64,000 nucleotides of DNA from Neocallimastix sp. 'constans' (taxonomy: Eukaryota): the NCBI GenBank assembly GCA_050613775.1, contig JBODTK010000013.1, forward strand, positions 1,054,001 to 1,118,000, in the 5' to 3' direction. Positions within the stretch are counted from its first letter, which is position 1, and each line of letters starts with the position of its first letter. Positions 58,487 through 64,000 of this stretch are shown one piece after another. A program made the translations under genes and the position numbers. The notes under the pieces are model-generated. The model searched no databases and was not told the DNA's origin. It saw nothing but the letters and a program-made list of their open reading frames with translations.

Positions 58487-59850
58487 TCAATAAAGATGAA
58501 ATATTTACATTAGATGAATCTTATACAATAGAACAAATTGAATCAGGAAATGCAATATTCTTGAAATATTGGTATAGAGAACATAATTCTGTATATAAAG
58601 TATCTGCATTACCTGGATGGAAAGAAAATGTTTCAGGTTCTATTGCTAATGGATATAATGTAGGAATAAATAAACATATAGATAACATAAAAAAGGAAGC
58701 TGCTATCGAAATATTAAAGTATGTTACATCTAAAGAATCCCAAAAAATGTATATAGTTCCATTTCATACGTTTTCAGGAATTAATAGTTTATATGATGAA
58801 GAAGATGTATGTAATCTAATCGATTGCGATGTTATAAAAAATGTGAAACCTTTTTCAGTTTTGGAATTTGATATAAAGAATTATGATTTAGATAATTATA
58901 TAACCAAATATCGAAAATATATATATGATTATTTATATAAAAATGAAACATTAGAAGATATAGTAAAAAAAATTAACGATATGACGAATATATATACAAT
59001 TACAATTAAATCAGATGATTCAATAACTGGTTTAATAATATTTACTGTATATTGCATATCTGTACTTTGTATATGTTTATCAATTATATTCTTATATATA
59101 GAAAAATATAAACATTATTTTAAATTATTATCCAATAATTTATGGATTATTTCAATGGTTGGGAATTTATTATTTTTAACTTCAGTAGTTACAATATTTG
59201 GAAATATGACAGAATTAATTTGCAAATTAAGAATTACATTAATAACATTAGGCTTTGCATTAAGTTTAATTCCTATTTTATATATTTTAATCGTTCATTT
59301 CCCAGAAGATAATAATATATCCTATTGGATTGATGATAATAAAAACACTTTTCTGATAACCTTTATATCAATTTTAATTATTTTAAATATTATACTTTTA
59401 TTTTCACCTTTTGCTATTGAAGAAATTCTAATTCCAACTGGAGGAAGCTTTAATAAATGTAAATTATTTACTTCATTTGGCAAGTTAGCATTTCATGTTA
59501 TAATATTTTTGGAAACTGCTATAGTTATATATATCATTTTGTTATTATTCAATGATAGGAATGTTGAAGAAATAAGTCATGATATAAAATTTTTTGTATC
59601 TGCTATTCTTATTGATATTATAAATCTAATAATATTTACGTTTATATGTAATATTACAATAAAAAATTTTATTGTATATCACGTAATACTTGCTTTAAAT
59701 TTATTTTTATTTTCATTATCTAATTATATATTTATTTTTGGTATTAGGATAATTTTAATATTTTTAAAAAATACTAAACCTATTAAAAAAAATATCAATA
59801 ATAAAAATTCATTATCATCCACTGTTAAAAAATCAAATAGTGATTGTTAA
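57320..59850 (+). CDS. Class C GPCR-like 7TM receptor with N-terminal sugar SBP domain (paralog C); exons 57320-57377, 57470-57834, 57968-58142, 58264-58407, 58496-59850 (698 aa)
   Basis: Same architecture and intron positions as A and B; KYDLFFYY, IPKTWEELI, ALPGWKENVSGS, CKLR, FNKC; short C-terminal tail. Frames join (2097 nt). Confidence 0.9.
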
Positions 59851-59964
59851 AAAAAAATATATTTATATATATATATTATTTTTTTATTTTATTATTAGCA
59901 TTATTATATTAATATATGTAGTTACTATTAACACATTACATTATAGTTATTATTAATAACAGTC

Positions 59965-59995
<31 letters not shown>

Positions 59996-60448
59996 TTAAT
60001 AATAATTTGAAATAATACAAAACTAAATAATATTTATTAATTACATGTAAAAAATAAATAATTAATTAATTCTATAAAAACATTAATATTGTTTTTTTTT
60101 TCTTTTATTTTTTATATATTTATTTTTTTATTTATTTTTTTATTTATTTTTTTATTTATTTTTATTTATTTATTTATTTTATTTATTTTTTTATTTATTT
60201 ATTTTTTTTTATTTATTTATATATTTATATATATATATTATTATTATATTATCATTGTTATTATTATTATTAATATGTAATTAGTGTTATTAAGAATATT
60301 AAATGATATTAACACTAATATTTCTTTTTTAATTTATTATTTATTCATATATACATTTTTATATATTTCATTAATTTATTTTTAATGTTAATGCAATATT
60401 ATTATAATAATATTAATTATTAACAAAATACAAATATTTCCATATAAA

Positions 60449-62002
60449 TTAATATAAAGTATTTTTCCTTTCAATTTTTAATTTATTCTGAATAATAGTA
60501 GGAATTTCTTCAATAGTTATTTTTTTATTTGAAACTTTAATTGGTATATTATTATTGTTGTTGCTATCAAAATAGTTTGAATAAGATTCATTAAACAAAG
60601 TATTTGATGAACAATATGATATTGACTTTATATCTTTGAATATACTATCAATTTCATTTTTTTCACTTATATTTTGATAATAATATAAATAACTATCCAT
60701 ATCTAAACTATTCTCGGAGTCATCATTGTTGTATGTTTTTAGTCCATTGTTATAATCGATAATTATATCTTCACAGGTATTATAATATTTATAGGTACTA
60801 CTTTTATTTTGAAGAAGATTTAAACTTTTATAATTTCCAGACAAAATTATATTATCCATATCATCTTCATTTCGGAAAAGATGATATTTCTTATAATCAA
60901 TATACTTTTTTGATCCAAGTAGTTCATTATTATCATTTTTTTTGATAAAATCAAAACCTAAATATATTTCACTTAAGGTTGGAGATAATTCGGTATATAC
61001 TGGAGTAACTGAAATATCATTTGATTGTGGATTCTGTGATTTATTGAACTTTGAAAATGTATTAATATCAATACTTTTATTAGTATTACTATTATTGAGT
61101 AAAATTTTTGGATTATTAAAATATAATCTAAGTAATATTTGATCAATATACATTATTGTATAGTTAATATTAGAAGCAACATGACTTAAATAGTTCACTG
61201 CTTCATCCAAGGGTATATTAGGGGTATTTTTTTCTTCATATTCACTTTTAATACAAAAAGCAAAACCAACTATAAAAGGAATAAAAATTAATGATATTAT
61301 CATTGAAAAAGTAATTCGAAATTCAGATATCTGTTTAAATTTATTTATAATGTTATTAGCACCTATAATATTATATTGCTTAATTTTATTAGAAAGATTA
61401 ATTTTAAGTGCGTATATAACTGATAGATTATAAATAATACCAATTAATTGTATTATAATTTCAACAGACCACCATTTAGTTTTAAATATTAAAATATCCT
61501 TAATAATATTTCCATTTTTATCCTTTAATCTGAAATCAGTAGGAGTATATGCAAAATAGCAATATATCTTAGCAATTTTCATTGAACTGTAAAGAACACA
61601 TATTACAAATACATTTCTAATATTTTTATTATTATTAGTAATAGCCCTAACTCGTAAAAAAGGATACCAATCACCAATAATTTCTCCTAGTATCCAATAT
61701 GTATCCGCTAAAGCACAATATATTAGCCAAGCTCTTTTTGTATACGGCCAATATTTATCAGGATCCCTTGGTGTAAAAGAGGAAGAATCATTCAAAATAT
61801 CCTTAATCGATTTTAATATCCAGTGAACAACTAGGATATAAATAACGGTTCTTTTCCAATTATTATGATTTAACAGTAATACTAAGAATGTCCATACAAA
61901 GAAGTCATTTTTTACAAACCCTTCGATAATATTTTGATATGAATCTATTTTTTGATTATTTATACTAGTATATGATTCTGTAAATGTAATAATACGCTGC
62001 AT
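60449..62002 (-). CDS. Intronless multi-pass (~6-7 TM) membrane protein with a long Asn-rich C-terminal tail; function unknown
   Basis: 517-aa ORF; hydrophobic segments in the first ~290 aa around YWILGEIIGDWYPFLRVRAI and YIDQILLR; hydrophilic low-complexity tail. Confidence 0.8.
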   Translation of the reverse strand: MQRIITFTESYTSINNQKIDSYQNIIEGFVKNDFFVWTFLVLLLNHNNWKRTVIYILVVHWILKSIKDILNDSSSFTPRDPDKYWPYTKRAWLIYCALADTYWILGEIIGDWYPFLRVRAITNNNKNIRNVFVICVLYSSMKIAKIYCYFAYTPTDFRLKDKNGNIIKDILIFKTKWWSVEIIIQLIGIIYNLSVIYALKINLSNKIKQYNIIGANNIINKFKQISEFRITFSMIISLIFIPFIVGFAFCIKSEYEEKNTPNIPLDEAVNYLSHVASNINYTIMYIDQILLRLYFNNPKILLNNSNTNKSIDINTFSKFNKSQNPQSNDISVTPVYTELSPTLSEIYLGFDFIKKNDNNELLGSKKYIDYKKYHLFRNEDDMDNIILSGNYKSLNLLQNKSSTYKYYNTCEDIIIDYNNGLKTYNNDDSENSLDMDSYLYYYQNISEKNEIDSIFKDIKSISYCSSNTLFNESYSNYFDSNNNNNIPIKVSNKKITIEEIPTIIQNKLKIERKNTLY

Positions 62003-63044
62003 TTTTATATTTTCTATATGTATATAATAATTATGTTTTATATTAATTCTTACTAACTAAAAACATTTGACCTTTTTTTAAATATTTTCAATTCAAAAAA
62101 TATATAAATGCATTTTTTTAAAAAAAAAAAGTTTTCTTTGTATAAAAGATTTATTTTTAAGAAAAACATTTTATTTATATGTATTTTACAATATTTTATA
62201 TTTTTAACAATATTGAATAACAATTAGAAAAAATAATATAAAAGAATAATACCAAAAACAATAATAACAATAATAAATGAATTAATATAAAATAAAATAA
62301 TATAAAATAATGACTTAATAATGAAAAATCAAATAATAATAATATAATAATTATAATATGATTATCAAAATTATATATTTGTGAAACTCTAATATAAAAA
62401 AATTGATTATTTTAATCTAACAGATATTATATATATGAAATTATTTAAAAAGAAATTAAATTTTTCTATAAAAAAAAATAAATAAATAAATAAATAGAAT
62501 AAATAAATAGAATAAATAAATAGAATAAATAAATAGAATAAATAAATAAAGAATAATCATAATATATCATTTTTGAATATATCTTTAACGTTTCCAATTT
62601 TCCAATAGAATTATTAAAATTAATATATTTAATTAAAAAATTGTATATAATTGGGAAAAAAATTATATTTTATGTATATAATTAAATAATATTTTAATAT
62701 AAATAAGTTTTCATATATAATTTTTTTTATTGAAAATTTAGGAAAAAAACTTAACATAAAAAAAAAATTAATTTTATCTGTATAAAATAAAGTTTATTAA
62801 ATTCTTAATAATTATATTTATTTAATATTTTCTATAGCCAAAGATTCAATATCTTATTTATTATTGTTCAAAGTGATTCTTTTGTTCATAATCAATTTGA
62901 ATAGATTTTTATTATTATTATTTATATTCAAACAATAATATAACAGAAAATTATAAATCAAATTTATATTAATTTTAATATTAATTTTAAATTACTATAA
63001 TTATTGTTTATTTTATTCTATACTAAATCACAACTATTTTATTT

Positions 63045-63510
63045 ATTTTTTTTATTATATTTATCCGTTCATTTATTTATTATATTAATTTATTTATTTA
63101 CTTACTTTATCTATTTTATTTATTGTATTTATTTATTTATTTACTTATTTTATCTATTTTATTTATTTTATTTATTGTATTTATCTGTTCATTTATTTAT
63201 TTATTATATTTATTTATTTATTTATTTTATCATTATATTCCTTTTAAATTTTCTTTTTAATAAATATTTAATAAACTTAATGTGCTATTATTTCCACTAT
63301 ATACTAATTATTTTTTATTTTATTTATTATATTTATCTATTCATTTATTTATTATATTTATTTATTTATTTTATCTATTTATTTTATTTATTTATTTATT
63401 ATATTTATTTATTTATTATATTTATTTATTTATTTATTTTATCATTATATTTCTTTTAAATTTTTTTTTTATAAATATTAAATTTAATAAATTTAATATG
63501 CTATTATTTA
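63045..63510. repeat. Low-complexity direct duplication (~220 bp) of TTTA-rich sequence
   Basis: TTTTATCATTATATT(C/T)CTTTTAAATTT occurs at ~63225 and ~63437; produces spurious FIY ORFs. Confidence 0.6.
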
Positions 63511-64000
63511 CACACTTTTTTAATTTTTAATTTGTTTATTAAAATTGGGAGTGTAGCATTTCACAAATTTGCATTTCAGAAAATGTGGGTTTCAAAATTT
63601 AATAAATAAACAAATAAATTAATAAGTAAATAAATAAACAATTTTAATAAATAATGCCAAATTAGGGTTAAAGTTTTTTTTATTTTATTATTCTTTTAAT
63701 ATTTATTTAAAGAATATGAATTAATATTCTTTAGAAATTGAATATTTTTGAAATTTTCATTATATATATATTTAAAAAATTAATATATATACTTGAAATC
63801 TATAAAAAGTATTTAAAATAAAACAAAAAGAAGCGTTTAAAAATTAAAAAGGATTTATATTTTTAATATATATAAATATCTTTATATAAAATCTTTTCAT
63901 ATTCTTAAAAATAAGATATTATTCAAAAATAGAAAAAAAAATATTATTTGACAATAAAATATTATTTGAAAATAAAATATTTAAATACAAGTCTTAGAAA

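Noticed and set aside
50238..61142. ORFs 50238 (+), 53278 (-), 55674 (-), 60942 (+), and 44603 (-)
   Set aside because: Antisense shadows of real exons.

Overview
Extremely AT-rich eukaryotic DNA with GT-AG introns, long homopolymers and (ATTATTT)n/(ATT)n microsatellites. The composition, a fungal dockerin relic and solute-binding-protein (SBP)-7TM receptor genes point to an anaerobic gut fungus (Neocallimastigomycota; inference). Intact genes reconstructed by hand: a 3-exon F-box gene, an ankyrin-repeat gene, a 2-exon low-complexity S/T/K/Y-rich gene, a 3-exon bHLH-ZIP (Rtg3/MiT-TFE/USF-like) factor, a cluster of three 5-exon class C GPCR-like receptors with an N-terminal bacterial-type sugar SBP domain, and an intronless multi-TM protein. 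The 8-40 kb region is mostly decayed material: a ~750-bp-unit tandem array ending in a fold-back, LINE fragments (one with an in-frame RT deletion plus an inversion resembling twin priming), an internally deleted Ty1/copia element with both LTRs and a 5-bp TSD, and pseudogenes of a bacterial-like GPH sugar symporter, tandem dockerins and an alpha/beta hydrolase. The most unusual element is a ~375-bp, 45% GC, densely hairpinned, poly(A)-tailed insert flanked by a 13-16 bp target-site duplication (33618-33992): a SINE-like or retroposed structured RNA I cannot assign to a known family. Most short ORFs in the supplied track are microsatellite or antisense artefacts. All calls come from reading the sequence; no searches were run.
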